Shown here in pieces: positions 15,050-29,559 of a DNA stretch of 64,000 nucleotides. A model generated the notes under the pieces. It had not been told where the DNA came from. It did not search any database and was given only the letters and a program-made list of their open reading frames with translations. Positions within the stretch are counted from its first letter, which is position 1. Each line of letters starts with the position of its first letter. The stretch comes from Dipteris shenzhenensis. Lineage: Eukaryota. The stretch lies in assembly GCA_047967505.1 (NCBI GenBank), contig CM106538.1; one strand, written 5' to 3'. The position numbers and the translations under genes were made by a program.

Positions 15050-15720
15050 GTGCATACTATGTACAATACATACTATTTATTTAATACTAATAGTACCTTA
15101 AATGTTACTATACATACAGCTAGATTTGGTGCGTACATACTATGTATTCACTACTAATAGTACTCTCACTCTCAATAGTACTATATATATAGCAAAATTT
15201 GATAAGTATATTCTTTACATAGTACAACCCATGTATTCGGTATTAACAATAATAAATACATAGTACTCTCAATAGTACTCTATATATATATAGTTAAATT
15301 TGATAAGTACATGTTATCCATAGTAAATTCTATGTATCAATACTAATAACACTAATAACACTCTATATATACAGTTAGATTTGTAAGAATACACTATGCA
15401 TAGTTCATTCTATGTATTCGATACTAACAATACTCTAAATAGCACTATATATATTTAGATTTGTTAGAATTAATAGTTAGATAAGCACATAGTATGTATA
15501 TAGTACTAATAATGCTCTAAATAGTACCATATATATAGTTAGATTGGGTAAGTACATACTATGCATAGTATAACTATGTATTAGATTCATTAGAATCAAT
15601 ATTAATTGTACCTTCATTAGAATTTAGAATGTACTAGCTTTTAAATCCTAGTGAATATGACACTAACTCTTGTATTAGTACTAGAGTTAGTATAGTTAGT
15701 GCAATTGGTTATTGTACTAT
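15050..15720. repeat. Degenerate AT-rich tandem repeats
   Basis: Recurrent ATATATAGTTAGATTTG..TAAGTACATACTATGCATAGTA-like units. Confidence 0.6.
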
Positions 15721-15959
15721 ATGCACTTAAGGGATGCATTAGGGGTAGGTTTATGTTGTGTTATCTTTACTTTTAAAAGTCAAGATTATGTAGTTATCTT
15801 GATAGTAGGTATAATCAAGATAGTATTGATATTACATTGAGAGATTGTACTATTTACTTGTAGGGCTACATACATTGTATACTTATTTCTATACTTTTTT
15901 AAAAGTACCATGCAATGTATATAGTACATAAAGTGCTAATGGAATTACTTGTAGTACTC

Positions 15960-16600
15960 GTAGTGGACAATATTGTCATAGCCCACACAGGCTTCTCTTC
16001 TTGTAAGAAACTTAGAATGATTAGAAAGAAGTAACTTGTTTTTTGTGCATATGAATTTCCTTGGCAAATTCAAAGAGGAAAACACCAAATATGACATTGA
16101 GGTTTGGGCATTTCAAGATTTAAATCCATACTATATGAGGAAGGTGCAGGAGGAAAACACTTAATGTTGTATCTATCATGTTTGCATAGAATTACTGTTG
16201 ATGATGAGAGAAACTAGATGAGGTCCGGGTGAGGTTCTCACAATATAGTATGGCTTGTGATTGCTTTGTGTTGTCTACCATGCATAAGGTGAGACAAGAT
16301 GTCAAGCAATGAGGTCCACTTATAACTCTATTAGATATCTATCTATGGACATTTGTGGTATGCCCAAAAATTGATGGATGCCAATGGCATAAAAAATTAT
16401 GCATGTTGGGGAAATGCAATGAGCGGGGGGTTTCTAGGCTTCTCTTTTGTTCGTGTGAGTTCAAAAACATTGATGGAGTTGGAGTTAAAATGGAGGACAT
16501 ATGAATATGCCACAATAGAGAAATCAAAGAAAGGAGTTTAAAAAGAAGAGAATTGACATACCTTATAGAGAAAGAGATCCATCAATGTGGAGCAGCAGTT
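15960..16600 (+). pseudogene. N-terminal relic of a Sola2-like transposase
   Basis: Cys-rich fragments (EENT..CIYHV, HKKLCMLGKCNE, KWRTYEY) resembling the region upstream of the catalytic core; heavily disrupted. Confidence 0.45.
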
Positions 16601-17929
16601 AGTTCCAACATCACCTTAAGTTGTTTGCTATAGACAATTTTATGTCACAATGGCAACACTCTCAGTACAAATAATTTCTCTCAAGCTTTCTAGATGATGT
16701 GTGATCTTTATTGTAAATTTTGTAGAAAACTATGAAGTACATTGATGCATTGGCACAATTTGCAGTGCACACTTCTTATGCACATCTACTATTAGCACAA
16801 AGGAGGGGAACAAAAAAATGAGTACAAATATTTATATATCTAATAATAAATAACATGCCGCCCTCTTTTCAACATTGTATATTATCGCGAGATTATTGCA
16901 CCTTTAGTATCTAATTGGATTGGGAAATAAGGTTAAGAGGCATTGGTATGGTCTAATGGTGCTACTTTGCAATTCAAAGCAAGATAGCCTTTTTACCTTA
17001 TAGCAAGGTATGTAACTAGATTAGCTTCATTTCATTGAGTCAAGAGGTCAATGTGTCTTTTGCATTGACTACACATCATTATTTTATTACTATCTAAATT
17101 TATTTTGTAACAGCAGGGTGCAATTGTGCTTTTCACCAAGGCTTTTCTCTATGAATTGTGTGTGCAGCATGAAGAACCACTACTTTGTCTTGGGATGTGA
17201 AAACGGTGAACACAATGGAGACAGAGTAGTGATGAGGTATGCACTTTTCAAGAAGCAAAAGAGAGATGGGACAAGATGTCATTGAATGGCTAGTCAGTAC
17301 CCCAACATAGTACTTTGAATGCAAAAAGTGGGTCTGTGTTGGAAAAGGCCAATGGTGTGAACTAGAAGGATCATTGGGGATTGCAATCCCATAAAGGGTA
17401 CATGTAACTTCTAATCAATTGATGGCTTTAGCAAGAAAGACCCAACATAGGTGTTCAAATCTCGTTCAGGATTTTGTCCATTTTGCATTCTAATTTGTGC
17501 CATATTGACTTCAAGAATCTTACATTAGTGACATTATTAGACCTATAAAGCTTCCTGTTAGAGATCTTTGATGCATTCCATGAACCACCATGCTTGCTTA
17601 TGTTGTAACTATGAGAGATAGCTTCACAATTCATGCAGCTAAGGATAACACGAAAACCATTGATTACTATGCAGTGTTGTGTGAGAAGACCAAAACAAGC
17701 TATGAGAGGGATTAGAGATGGATGGGATACATTATTAGTGGGGAGGAAGTCATTATTGACATCTATTACTAGAAAATCCTTGAGGAGAAGTCAACTATGC
17801 CCTCTTGCAAGATGGGCCAAAGGCCATTATACCAATAGACATGTAGTAGCAGTCAAATTTCCAATGCCACAAGCAATGCACAAGATAAGGGCCACCAAGT
17901 TATAATACAATGCATTTGTTTAATGAAAG

Positions 17930-19240
17930 ACAATACTTTAATATGGAAATGATTTGGCATTTTGGTTTCTCGACCCTTCTAAAAAATTTATTGTTGTTGG
18001 ATAGCTATCAAACATGGAATTTAGAATAGGAGTCCATATGTATGGCAAATAATGAAGATTCTAAATTGAACTTGCACAAGAAGCTGAGAGAAACTATGGA
18101 TAATGTAATATTAAGTGCTAAGAAGAATAGTTGACAATAAAATTTGTACTAGAAGATAAATTTTGAACATAAAAATGTGTTATATTGTGGCTTCTAGACC
18201 CTTCTTGAAAATCGCTTGTTGCACGACTATCAAACATGGGATTTAGTATAGGCGGTTATCATGAACTGCAAATAATGGAGGTTCTAGATTGAACTTGCAC
18301 AAGGAGCTTAGAGACCTGTTAGGGGGGTCACTTAAAAACACATAAACATAGCACTTGGGTTTAATACTAGATTATTAACACATTTTTTACATACAAAAGG
18401 GTACGATTTAAAAGAGGTATTCATAGATTGAAAAGAAAACAAGTGCCATTTTATCCATGAAAAATTCATCGATAAGGGACTTTAAATTAGTCCTTTAATG
18501 CATGTAATATGGAGGATTAACACATAGTGAACCCACCATGAGAGAAACTATGGATAATGCAAGATTAAGAGATAAGAAGAATTATTTGACTATAAATTTG
18601 AGTTAGACATGAATTTTGAAACATGGAAATGATGTGGCACATTGGTTTCTAGACCCTTCCCCAAAATTTCTTGTTGGATGGCTACTCGATGGCTATCAAA
18701 CACAAGATTTAGTGTAGGAGTTCATCATGTACCACAAATAACAAAAATTCAAGGTGGAACTTGCACAAGGAGCTGAGAGAAACTAGATTAAGAGATGAGA
18801 AGAATCATTTAGTATATACAATTTGAGCTAGATATAACTTTTGAAACATGAAAATGATGTGGCATTGTGGTTTCTATACCCTTACCAAAAATTGTTTGTT
18901 AGATGGCTATCAACCTGGGATCTAGTGTTGGAGTACATCAGATACCACAAATAATGAAGATTATAGGTTGAGCTTGCATAAAAAGCTAAGAGAAACCATG
19001 GGTAATGCAAGACTAAGAGCTACCAACAATTAGTTGACTATAAAATTTGAACTAGAGATAACTTTGAAGCATGAAAATGATGTGCATTGAAGTTTCTATA
19101 ACCTTGCCAAAAATTGCTCATTGAAACATGGGATTTAGTGTAGGAGTTCACTATATACCACGAATAAAAAAGATTTTAGGTTGAACTTGCACAAGGAGCT
19201 GAAAGACACTATGGATAATGCAAGATTATGAGCTGAGAAG
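17930..19240. repeat. Diverged tandem repeat, about 215-bp unit, 5-6 copies, with an insertion of about 225 bp
   Basis: GAACTTGCACAAGGAGCTGAGAGAAACTATGG-like anchor at 18068, 18291, 18757, 18970 and 19183; unrelated sequence at about 18315-18540. Confidence 0.8.
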
Positions 19241-20376
19241 AAAGTAATTATTGATGGATTATTAGGTCATCAAACTACCTTAAATGGTGTGTACATGTGA
19301 TTTTATTAAAAAACCCTTGCATTATGAGCATTCTTGGAATCATAACATTAATTTGACATTCAATTTTGCAATTTAGCCACAAATTGTATGCTAAACATAT
19401 TAGAATTGCAAACTCCAAAGACATTGTATTATACGTATTAGAACATTTTAAACTATAATCTCCAAAGACATTGTATTATATATTTCTATTACATACACTT
19501 GCGTTCACCCACAAAGGGAAATATTTCCTTGATTTAAGAACCCAAATTTTAGACTTTTCTACAAACTCTCAGAGGTCCTTATGACATTTCATCTCCACTG
19601 AGGACTGCATCACACATCTATTAAGGATTATTGCTATTTTACAACATAGAGAGATGATTTTTACAAGGCCCCCCATTTCCAACAGATTTTTTTTTTTTTA
19701 ACAAGATGTTTTCATTTTGCTAAATACATGTAACTACAAAGTGACTACTAGATTACTTTACTAAGATATTCCTGAATAATAGGGGGCAATTTTGCTATTA
19801 TGTTGTCAAACTTTCTCCACTAATCCACCAAAGGTTCTACAAAAATTTGGGATATATTTGTCATTCCACTCTTTCCAATAAAGTATAGTCTTTTGAATAA
19901 GTTCCATGGGTTTCTCACCTTATACCTTCACAAAAACCACAAGTTTAAAATAGTCCACAAAATTTGGTGTCAATCTAGTACTATGCTAGGAAATTCTATC
20001 AATCACATGAGGTATGGTCTTGTGATGAGTACCAACACATCATCTTCTCGAGTTCCATTGTAGGGTTGTGGTGATATTTATGTTAGCACAAGGTTACACA
20101 TACCTTTTTGCCCAATATCATTTACTAGTAGCACCTATTGGTGATCATAGGTAAGCCCAATTCAATCAAAGGTAGAAAATGATTTTAAGAACAAGATAAT
20201 CTTACGTGGGATGTCAACATATTTATTCTCATCTAGGGTAAATATGGAGACAATAGGTGTTGTGGATTCCTTTGCATAAAAGGGTATGATTTCTCCCTCT
20301 TACCAAGGATCTCTATCACTAAGTTTTGAAGAAGTAGGAGGCTAAGAGGTGCACAAAGAGTAGGAAGAAGGCGACG

Positions 20377-21860
20377 ACAAGGAGGGGGGTCTTCTCCCTT
20401 CTAGCCTGGTAGAGATTTTCTCCTCGCCCTTCCTATCCAAATGAGTCCCCGATGTTCTCCCCACCAAGAAAAGATGATGAAGATGAGGGAGCAGCCCACT
20501 CGCATGGGGGAGAAAGAAACATGGGAGAGCCCAATAATAGCCATACAAAAAAAAGAGTTGAAGAAAAAGTTAGCAAAAAAAGAAGGCCAGGAAGTAGAGA
20601 AGAGCTTCAGAGGAAGGATGAAGAAAAAACTGCCAAGGTAGTTGAAGTCACAATGAAAGCATAAAACATCCAAGCCCCCCAAACTCTCCCCATAGGCTTT
20701 GGAACGGGAGGAATCTATCTAGAAAGCACACACACACTTCCAAAATAGAATGCTCACTCTAGTTGAATAGCGCCGACTTTTGATTCAAGTATGCATGTCA
20801 CTGCTACACTCGACAACAAACTCCTTTTCGAGCCTATAAAGTGGTTGAGCATACATGCATTGGTTGGGGTTTTACCAAGTGTTAGGTCCCCTCTAACAAT
20901 GATTGAAATGTAGATACAAACCAACTGGATAAGGAAGGGGTTAGTGATGACAAACATCTGATTCCTTAGGAGGGGATACTTTGTCTTCCTATTTGAATGG
21001 GCTTGTACAAGGGATACAACATGGTATTTGGACCATATGTAATCAACCTCTCTATCTCTCTTGGTGGTCTCATGATTTCTCTCCAAACAAACCAAGATCC
21101 ACAAGGAGGGGGGTCTTCTCCCTTCTAGCCTGGTAGAGATTTTCTCCTCGCCCTTCCTATCCAAATGAGTCCCCGATGTTCTCCCCACCAAGAAAAGATG
21201 ATGAAGATGAGGGAGCAGCCCACTCGTATGGGGAAGAAAGAAACATGGGAGAGCCCAATAATAGCCATACAAAAAAAAGAGTTGAAGAAAAAGTTAGCAA
21301 AAAAAGAAGGCCAGGAAGTAGAGAAGAGCTTCAGAGGAAGGATGAAGAAAAAACTGCCAAGGTAGTTGAAGTCACGATGAAAGCACAAAACATCCAAGCC
21401 CCCCAATAGGCTTTGGAATGGGAGGAATCTATCTAGAAAGCACACACACACTTCCAAAATAGAATGCTCACTCTAGTTGAATAGCGCCGACTTTTGATTC
21501 AAGTATGCATGTCACTGCTACACTCGACAACAAACTCCTTTTCGAGCCTATAAAGTGGTTGAGCATACATGCATTGGTTGGGGTTTTACCAAGTGTTAGG
21601 TCCCCTCTAACAATGATTGAAATGTAGATACAAACCAACTGGATGAGGAAGGGGTTAGTGATGACAAACATCTAATTCCTTAGGAGGGGATACTTTGTCT
21701 TCCTATTTGAATGGGCTTGTACAAGGGATACAACATGGTATTTGGACCATATGTAATCAACCTCTCTATCTCTCTTGGTGGACTCATGATTTCTCTCCAA
21801 ACAAACCTCTCTATCTCTCTTGGTGGTCTCATGATTTCTCTCCAAACAAACCAAGATCCA
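20377..21860. repeat. Near-identical direct tandem duplication, 724-bp period
   Basis: ACAAGGAGGGGGGTCTTCTCC starts at 20377 and again at 21101; the ORF track shows duplicated ORFs (20441/21165, 20452/21176). Confidence 0.95.
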
Positions 21861-23500
21861 CCAAAATACCCATTTTGGTTGTACTTCCTAATTTACCCTT
21901 GTTCCTTTGTAATCAACTTCTAGCTCTCTGTAGAGGTTTGGGTAAGGTGCTAGGTGTAGAAGCTAAAAACTTTATAAACTCGAGGGGGAACCCCTAGATT
22001 TTGATTCAGATGCACATTGCTGAGGAATTGCCTAGCTCATTAGTGATTCTCAATAGGATTGGGATCTTATTCGGAGAACAGCAACTACTATATAAAAGCC
22101 TCCCTAATTTTTGTTTTCTATGTGGATTGGCAAGCCATTTAGTGAAGAATTGTCCTCAAAAGAAAAATTAACCCAAACCTTATACCCCTATCACCCCTAA
22201 GCCTCCTATGGCACCAACTAAGAAATGGGTACCTAAGGACACTATTATAAGTGTAGAGAAGATTCCTTCAGTTGTGGGATCTCCCTACAGTTCTGAGGCT
22301 ACACCAAAACAAGCTCTAATTAATCCCCTTTAGTCTCCTCTCACTAAGAACTCTTTTGAAGCTTTAGTTGATGATGAGATTAAAGAGTGGATTAGAGAAA
22401 TCCCGAACAAGATTCAGGATGATGATTTTGATCCTAGATGGAAAATATATTTTGAATAGGATATTTCTAGAAGTGATGACATGGGTACAGATAACATGGA
22501 AGGCACTAACTCAGAAGAGGATCTCCCCAAGTCTACCCAAGAGGTCAAGGAAACCCCTCTCATAACATTGCTTTTACAATTAAGAAAAACAAAAGAAGAT
22601 AGTCCAAGATAGCAAGTCCTCAAAGTGATAGCCCAAATCCTAGGGCTAAAAAGGGATCCAAGGAGAATGCTAAGTAAAGTATTCTCTATCCTCACCTAAA
22701 ATGTTAGGGGTCTAATTAACCCTGATTTTTAGGCTGAGAGCCAATTCCCTCTCTCCTCTTTTCTTAGCCCTCCAAGAGGTCAAAGTAATTGGCCTCACAC
22801 TTCACGAGAGAAAAAAAAAAAAAGATGAAAGAAGAACTTGTTTTGTCACTAACCATGAGGATAACAAAGTTGGGGTAGCTTTAGGAGTTCTCTCCTAGTT
22901 CATGGGTTGTATCTTTAGTGAGAAGGTTGACACTCAGGGTAGATGGGCTTCATTAACTATCCTTATTAAAGGAAAACACTTTACTTTCTCATCCACTATT
23001 GTCATCAATAGCCATCGAGATAGAAATTGCAATTGGGACTCTTTAGATGTAATTGGGGAAAGAGGTTTGCTCCTTGGAGATTTTAATATGGTGGAATCTG
23101 GTAAGGACAGGTGGATGGAAAAAGGCTAAGTTGTAAAGGAATCAGAAAGAGAAGCCTAGGAGAACATAAAAGAGAAACTCCGATTGGTAGACGCGGGTAA
23201 AGAGGGCACTTTCACTTGGTAGCCACACAGGGCTCACTAGAAGAAGGAAGAATAGACATAATTTATTTGTCTCAAGATCTACTGAGGGAGGTTTTCTCTC
23301 TTATTGAACGGACTCACTCTAGCCTTTCCCTCTCAAACCAAAAGAATGTTTCCCTTCAATGTGACTTTGAAATGGGTAGACCTTCCTCCTCTTGTTGGCT
23401 TAAGGCTAATCCTGAACTCTTTAGACTTTGCTAATGCATCCAACTCCTCCCAATCATCCGCAGACATAGCTGTAAGCTTAGTTGCAATCCCTTCCAAGGG
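20377..23500 (+). mobile_element. Decayed LINE: ORF1 with zinc knuckle plus APE endonuclease
   Basis: CFLCGLASHLVKNC knuckle (about 22110-22155); endonuclease motifs NVRGL (about 22700), LLGDFNMVE and GRIDIIY; stops and frameshifts. Confidence 0.8.
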
Positions 23501-24604
23501 TTAAATGTGCTTCTTTTGAATAATCATATCCCTTATCTATTCTTTCCACTAAGAAAAGTTTGTCCCATCAAACTTTTTAATGCTGAAAAACTCCTTTTCA
23601 AACATGGAAGGGGATGCCATGATGCAAATAAAGCAAAATCCCAAATGTTCTTGTTTCATTCTTGTAGCTAAAAATGTGTTATTTATGCCAAAATTGAAGT
23701 CATTTCATGTTTTTTTCTATGGAGCAACACGTTCAAACTTCAGCACTGGTTCAAAGCCATATGATAATTCAATCATTCCTCAATCATTCACAGTAAGTTG
23801 TCAAATTTGAAGCTCTTCCATTATATATAAATGGGCATAAAATTTTCTTCTTCCATCGATTTCCAATAAGCTTGCATTCCTCACGGCACCTCAATCATTG
23901 AATGAAGTTGATTGGGAGAAGATTTATGAGGCATGGTTGAATATGAAAAATCACAGGCCTCACCGGGTTGATGCGTAAAGGCCTTATGATGTAATGAAAT
24001 GTTGAAATGCATAGGGGCCTCAACTCATATAAAGGCCTTTTGATGTGATGAACTTGCAAAACTTTTATTTTACATTAAAAGCTTATTTAATTTAAAATAA
24101 TTAGAGAACTTAAACCTTATGCATGCTTTTGTAATATGAATTTGAGTGAGTTGAATGCCTTAAAGGGGAGGAAAACTTCAAAATAATACCATGGAATTCC
24201 AATTCTATTCCAAGGCTACATTTGAAGGCCAAGTTTAAAATTTTAATTTCTCTATATGAGGCCTTCCAAAAGAATGCTAGGCTAGGCCTTCAAATTTCAA
24301 CCTTGCTCCTCCGCTTGGCACATACATTGACACCATCGCTCCTCGCACATGCAACCGCTCTGAAGCCCCAACAGACACAATCCACTCATGCACCCTCAAG
24401 CCTACTTCCATCGCTTTTTCACAACCACCAACATCTTAGTCTTCAAATTTTACTAGTTTATTCTAGAAAACATCATAATGAATCATGGTTTCAAACAACT
24501 CTTCGATAGCATATACCCCATAATATATTAAATCATTTTCATCCGACTCTCCTAACATGTATAGGTATCCATTCTTATACGAGAGCTGTGAGGTGGTGCT
24601 GCCA

Positions 24605-25480
24605 GGGTGTGATTTTTTGGTGAGCTTTTTATCATGAGCTTTTTTTCAATTTTTATGAATATTGCGAGCTTTTCATTCACCTGAGAGAGAGAGAGGGGGG
24701 GGGGGGGTCATGGAGTGGGGTGGGTTGAAAGTTTGGGTTGTGGTTGCAGTAGTTAAGAGGAGAGAGGGGGGGGAGGGGAGATAAAGGAAAGGGGGACGGG
24801 CGCATGGGTAAGGTGGCATGGAGAAGGGAGGGGAGGGGAGTTGGAACATATATTTATTATCATAGTGGAGAACGTAGAGGGGGAACTTATAAGGTATGCA
24901 AAGAGGAGTGCAAGGAGGAGAGAGAGGATGAGGAATGTGAAAGTTATGTTCATCTACTAAATGTAAAGGGGAAGGGAGAGCATGTAGAAAATTTGTTTAT
25001 TTTCAAAGTGTATAATTTGACAGATTTGACCTCACTAGCGCAGACTCAAAACAGGCCCCAAACAGGCCAAAATGACAAAAACACCATTTTTTCAATTTTT
25101 ATCAGAATATGGTCATGTTGGTACTCAAAATGACCGGACTTCGACGAGGAATCCAAATATGAGGTCAAAAGTTTCAAATTATACACTTTTAAAATGTACA
25201 TATCTCCCATAGTTCCTCCCTTCTACTTTGAATATGGACATATCTTCCATAATTTTTTGCCTCCTAGTGCCACTCATATCCTCCCCCCCCTTGTGCATAG
25301 TATACACTCTTCCACCCCTCCCACATGCTATGAAAAAATATCCTATATTCTCTCCCCCTCTTTCTAACCTCCCCATCTTTCTTATAACAAAAACATGTAT
25401 GGATTTCTAAAAAAAGCTCGCAAAAACAAAGGAAATGGTAAAAAAGCTCACATTAAAAAGCTCGCCAAAAGATTTCCCCC
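24605..25480. mobile_element. Non-autonomous Mutator-like element
   Basis: 9-bp TSD GTGCTGCCA at 24596-24604 and 25481-25489; imperfect G-initiated TIRs (GGGTGTGATTTTTTGGTGAGCTTTTT / AAAAAGCTCGCCAAAAGATTTCCCCC). Confidence 0.85.
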
Positions 25481-25837
25481 GTGCTGCCATCACGTAAATC
25501 TATAATTTACTGCTAGAGAATTATAGATTCCATTCCCATAGAAAATTAGTAATGATCTTCATGAATAAGACTTCAATTCTTTGCAGGTTTTCTTTCCTAT
25601 ACTAAAATCCATTCTCATAGACGATCTTCGATACAATTTTGAATATCCTCAAATTATTCTTTGGTTTTCTTCCCTTCTGTATAAGCAACGCCCCTTTTGC
25701 ACTGCGGTGCCATCAGATTAATCTATGAATCTTGCCCTGGCGTCCTTCATGGTTTGTGTATAGCGATAATGATGGTGCTGGTGCAGAATTGTCCTCAGGA
25801 TCGTAAGATTGAGCCAGTTTGGAAACGCTTGAAACAA

Positions 25838-26248
25838 TCACGGCGCTGGTACAGAATTGCCTCCAGGGTTTGGCCCTGAAACTGGAGTTTTTATGTTGAA
25901 TTGGAAATGAACAGCTGCAGCTTGCAAGATGGACTGCCGTTGGTCAACAAAAGTTCTAAGAACTTTGCCGTTAAAGAACCTTGAAGCCCAGCTCGCTGGT
26001 GTGCTTTGATTTGTGACCTCTACCAACTTTGTTTGCTCGTCAGCGTTTTCTTGTGCGTACGATCTTCTGCTAGACCTCTGCAGGCTAGTAGGCGAGGTGA
26101 GGAAGATTTGCTGTATATGTCCCTGCTGTTTCTCGAGGCTTCGAGAATGGTGGTGAGGATGTGATTGTATTCTGCGGGATTCAATTGGGAGGGCTAGTAA
26201 CATTACGAGGATTATAAGAAGGTACAAAGGCTTCCTGCTTGGAGACAT
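25838..26248 (-). CDS. Small secreted peptide precursor, CLE/TDIF-like (136 aa)
   Basis: Signal peptide (KPLYLLIILVMLLALPIES), variable middle region, C-terminal KTPVSGPNPGGN resembling the CLE core (x-x-V-P-S-G-P-N-P). Intact, intronless, and inside a CpG-retaining island (about 25690-27200). Confidence 0.75.
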   Translation of the reverse strand: MSPSRKPLYLLIILVMLLALPIESRRIQSHPHHHSRSLEKQQGHIQQIFLTSPTSLQRSSRRSYAQENADEQTKLVEVTNQSTPASWASRFFNGKVLRTFVDQRQSILQAAAVHFQFNIKTPVSGPNPGGNSVPAP

Positions 26249-28882
26249 CGAGCTTACAGGGCTAGACTAACTCACGCGAGCCGCTCCTTGCTTTTCAGCA
26301 CAGAGTTATCACGTAAAATATGCTTTTCGCTAGAAAACGTATACAGACCAGCAAAGATTGAGTGGAAGAGGTACTATAGATAAACGCTCCCACAACAAGG
26401 TAAGGTTGTATGAGGAGAAGATTCAAGAAGCAGGAGGACAGGAGCAATCGGAGGGAATCGGGAGCTATTTTCTGACTATGGCGATGAAGTAAAGAGATTA
26501 TTTATATTTTCATCAGCACGTTGGGTCACGGGTGACCTGCTCAGCCACCTTGCTCGGCTGCAGGTCAAACGCTTGCGGGGAGGGGCAAGTTTTCCAAGCA
26601 AGGTGGCAAAGGCCGGCAATTCAAACGACGACTTCCCAGGCCGATTGTTGCCGCTGCCATGCAGTTCAATCGGTGTGATGATTCAAATTCAAATAATTCA
26701 AAGATGTCTGCTCGGTGGTTGCTTGAATCTTTCTTAGCATGTATTTCAAGGTATGTATACGCCGGCTCTAGTGGTTTGAAGCAGTTCGGATAATGGTAGA
26801 AATGGCACCGTTGGATTGCGAGCTGCTTGGAGCCAACACAGAGAGAATCGCGGTCTGTCGGCTCATGTGCTTCCATGACTTGTTCTTGGTCAATCGTGGT
26901 ATGATAATAGGATATCAAAGTCTACGAACTAATTGAGCGATTCTCTGTCCACGAATCGACGTAAGCGTGCACAATCGAGCGTTCAGCGTTCAAAGCTCTC
27001 AAAGTGGAGCTCCGATTTTTTAGTGATAGAGACGCACAAAACTTCATTGTTTTTCTGCCTCGTTTTGAAAATACAAGGATACAATTTCGTCCATCCACAA
27101 AAGTCCAAAGTGTACAAAGCAAGGTAAATCAAAGGTATAATTTTTTCAAGGCGACCACCAATCTATATTATTCTTTCAAAAGTCTAGCGGACATTTATAG
27201 ATCCCATTTCACTCCCCTCTTGTAAGCCAATGACAAACAACGTTGTCCCTTGAAAACAAGCAGCATTACATAAAATGAGGAAGTTAAATTTGCCAAATCA
27301 TAGCTCTTTAAACTAGGTTGCAATAGGGAGCCTTAACTCCAAATTGGACCTAGAGTGGCTCGAGGAGAGCTCACAAAAGTTTCAAACCCTTGGATCTCTA
27401 TAAAGATCAACGCCTATAATTACGACACATGGCTTAACAAGGGCTTAGAAAAGGAAAACTTATTTTGCTTTTCTGAAAAGCACGTTTCAAACCCTTGGAT
27501 CTTCATAAAGATCAATGTCTATAATCACGACACATGGCTTAATGAGGGCTTAGAAAAGAAAAACTTTCTTCTACCATAAATAGGAGATATTATACAAAAG
27601 GAGAAGGGTAAATTTAGAGACATGGCTTTTACAAAAATAGAACCAACTTGTAACCAACTAAAAATAGTGGCATTCGGTAGGTAAACCTCTTGAGTAAACT
27701 CTCTCGAGCACTAGCCCTTAGTGTAATTGGTATGTCCCACCCTTCCCTCTCCTCCCCTTTATTCCACCTACTCCTTAGTATAATCATGGACTTTCCTCTT
27801 CATTTTCACACTTCTTGTCTCCTCCACAACTAATAGCCCCTATTTTTGCTGGGTTGGAAAGACATAATGACCTTTGACAAAGCCTAGAATACTTTTCTCT
27901 CCTAGCTCTTCACTATAGGCATTCCTTACAATAAGATATCGTTGATTATTATCTTGCATACAACTAACATAAGTCTATCACTTGAAAAGAATGCAAGGAT
28001 ACTGATGTATACATGTCATATATAATTCGGCTCACATTTCCATATCAACCATAAAAAGTCTTGGAAGACACTTGGACTTCCTACCTCAAATCTAGAGCCA
28101 CTCTCTTGTTAAATCATGTTTCAAACAATCTACCACTTTGTTTGACACCCACTCTAAGTCAAAGGTGAGATACTTAGGCATTGAAAACTTGAGTGTAATT
28201 TTTTTGCAAGCATCTTTTGGCGAACGCGCATGAAAATGGAGAGTTTTCTCTATCTCTCGTCTCTCCGCTTCCCTCTTCTTGACTGCTCTCTCTCTCTCTC
28301 CCACCCCCTTTTCCTCCTTTTCTATTTCCTCTCCATCCCCCCCCCCTTTCCTACTCTCTCTCTCTCTCCCTCTCTCGGATACCAAAAGTCGTCTTGGTTT
28401 TTTTCTTTCTTTTGGCTACTAAAGTTCCATGTGGCACTTTGGTAACCAAAAGTCCATGTGGAAATATTTTTATTTTTTGGCATGTGTGGTAGATTATTTG
28501 TTTTTATTTTAACAAGTGGCCTTTGAGCAGCTCTGAGAGAGAGAGAGAGAGAGAGAAAGAAAGAATGAAATTTTATTAAAGGTCCACGGAAGGCCATACA
28601 TGGCCTATGGGACACAAAATCATCCGAAAGGAAAATACATCATCAACGATGCGCCAACTAGGTGGCCTCATCGTGATATAGCTAAGATGCCAAAAATGGC
28701 TACAAAAATCCTAGATACAAAATGAAATGAAATAGAGTACCAAAAATGCCTAGATACAAAATGTAAAATATGAAATATGAGGAACATCGTCTTCCCTAAG
28801 GGGTCTGTGATCCAAAGAAATGCTGGAAGTCATGGCCATCGACCATGCCTCCTACCATGAGTGTGAAGATCTGGGCAAGTGT

Positions 28883-28924
<42 letters not shown>

Positions 28925-29431
28925 CCATGTTTGTGCACACTTGACAAAAGATGCTCATCAAAAACTCACACCCAATTTTTTAATGTTTGAGCATCTTGCC
29001 TTTGACTGAGGGTGGATGATAGACAAAATGATAGATTGTTTGAAACACAAGGAGGGAATTCAAAATGCCACAAGAGACTAGCATCCAATCAAGCTTTCTC
29101 ATTGCCATAAGGATGACTAGAAGGAGGAAGGATGCTCGGGGGGTCCATCTGGGAAATATAAGTATACTATGAGAGTTCAAAATGAGGGGTATTTTAATTC
29201 TCAAGACTTACAGAAATACATTTATAGCAGGGTAATTTTATACATCATTTTTAAATTAACAGGTAGGGTGTGTTTATTCACAGATCCAAATTAAAATTGA
29301 TTTTTTTAATATTGTCTCATCTAGGATGATGTGTAAGAGTAGTCATAATTTGTTGATGGGTAGCTCAAATTTTTAATGTGCTCACTAGCCCTCGTAGTCA
29401 TGATAAGTAGTTGGATTCAACGAGACACGTG

Positions 29432-29488
<57 letters not shown>

Positions 29489-29559
29489 AGGACTCCAATT
29501 GTATCTTTTAAGCTATGCTTTGAGATAGTGGCAATTTAGTAACCTAATGTCAAGCTCTG

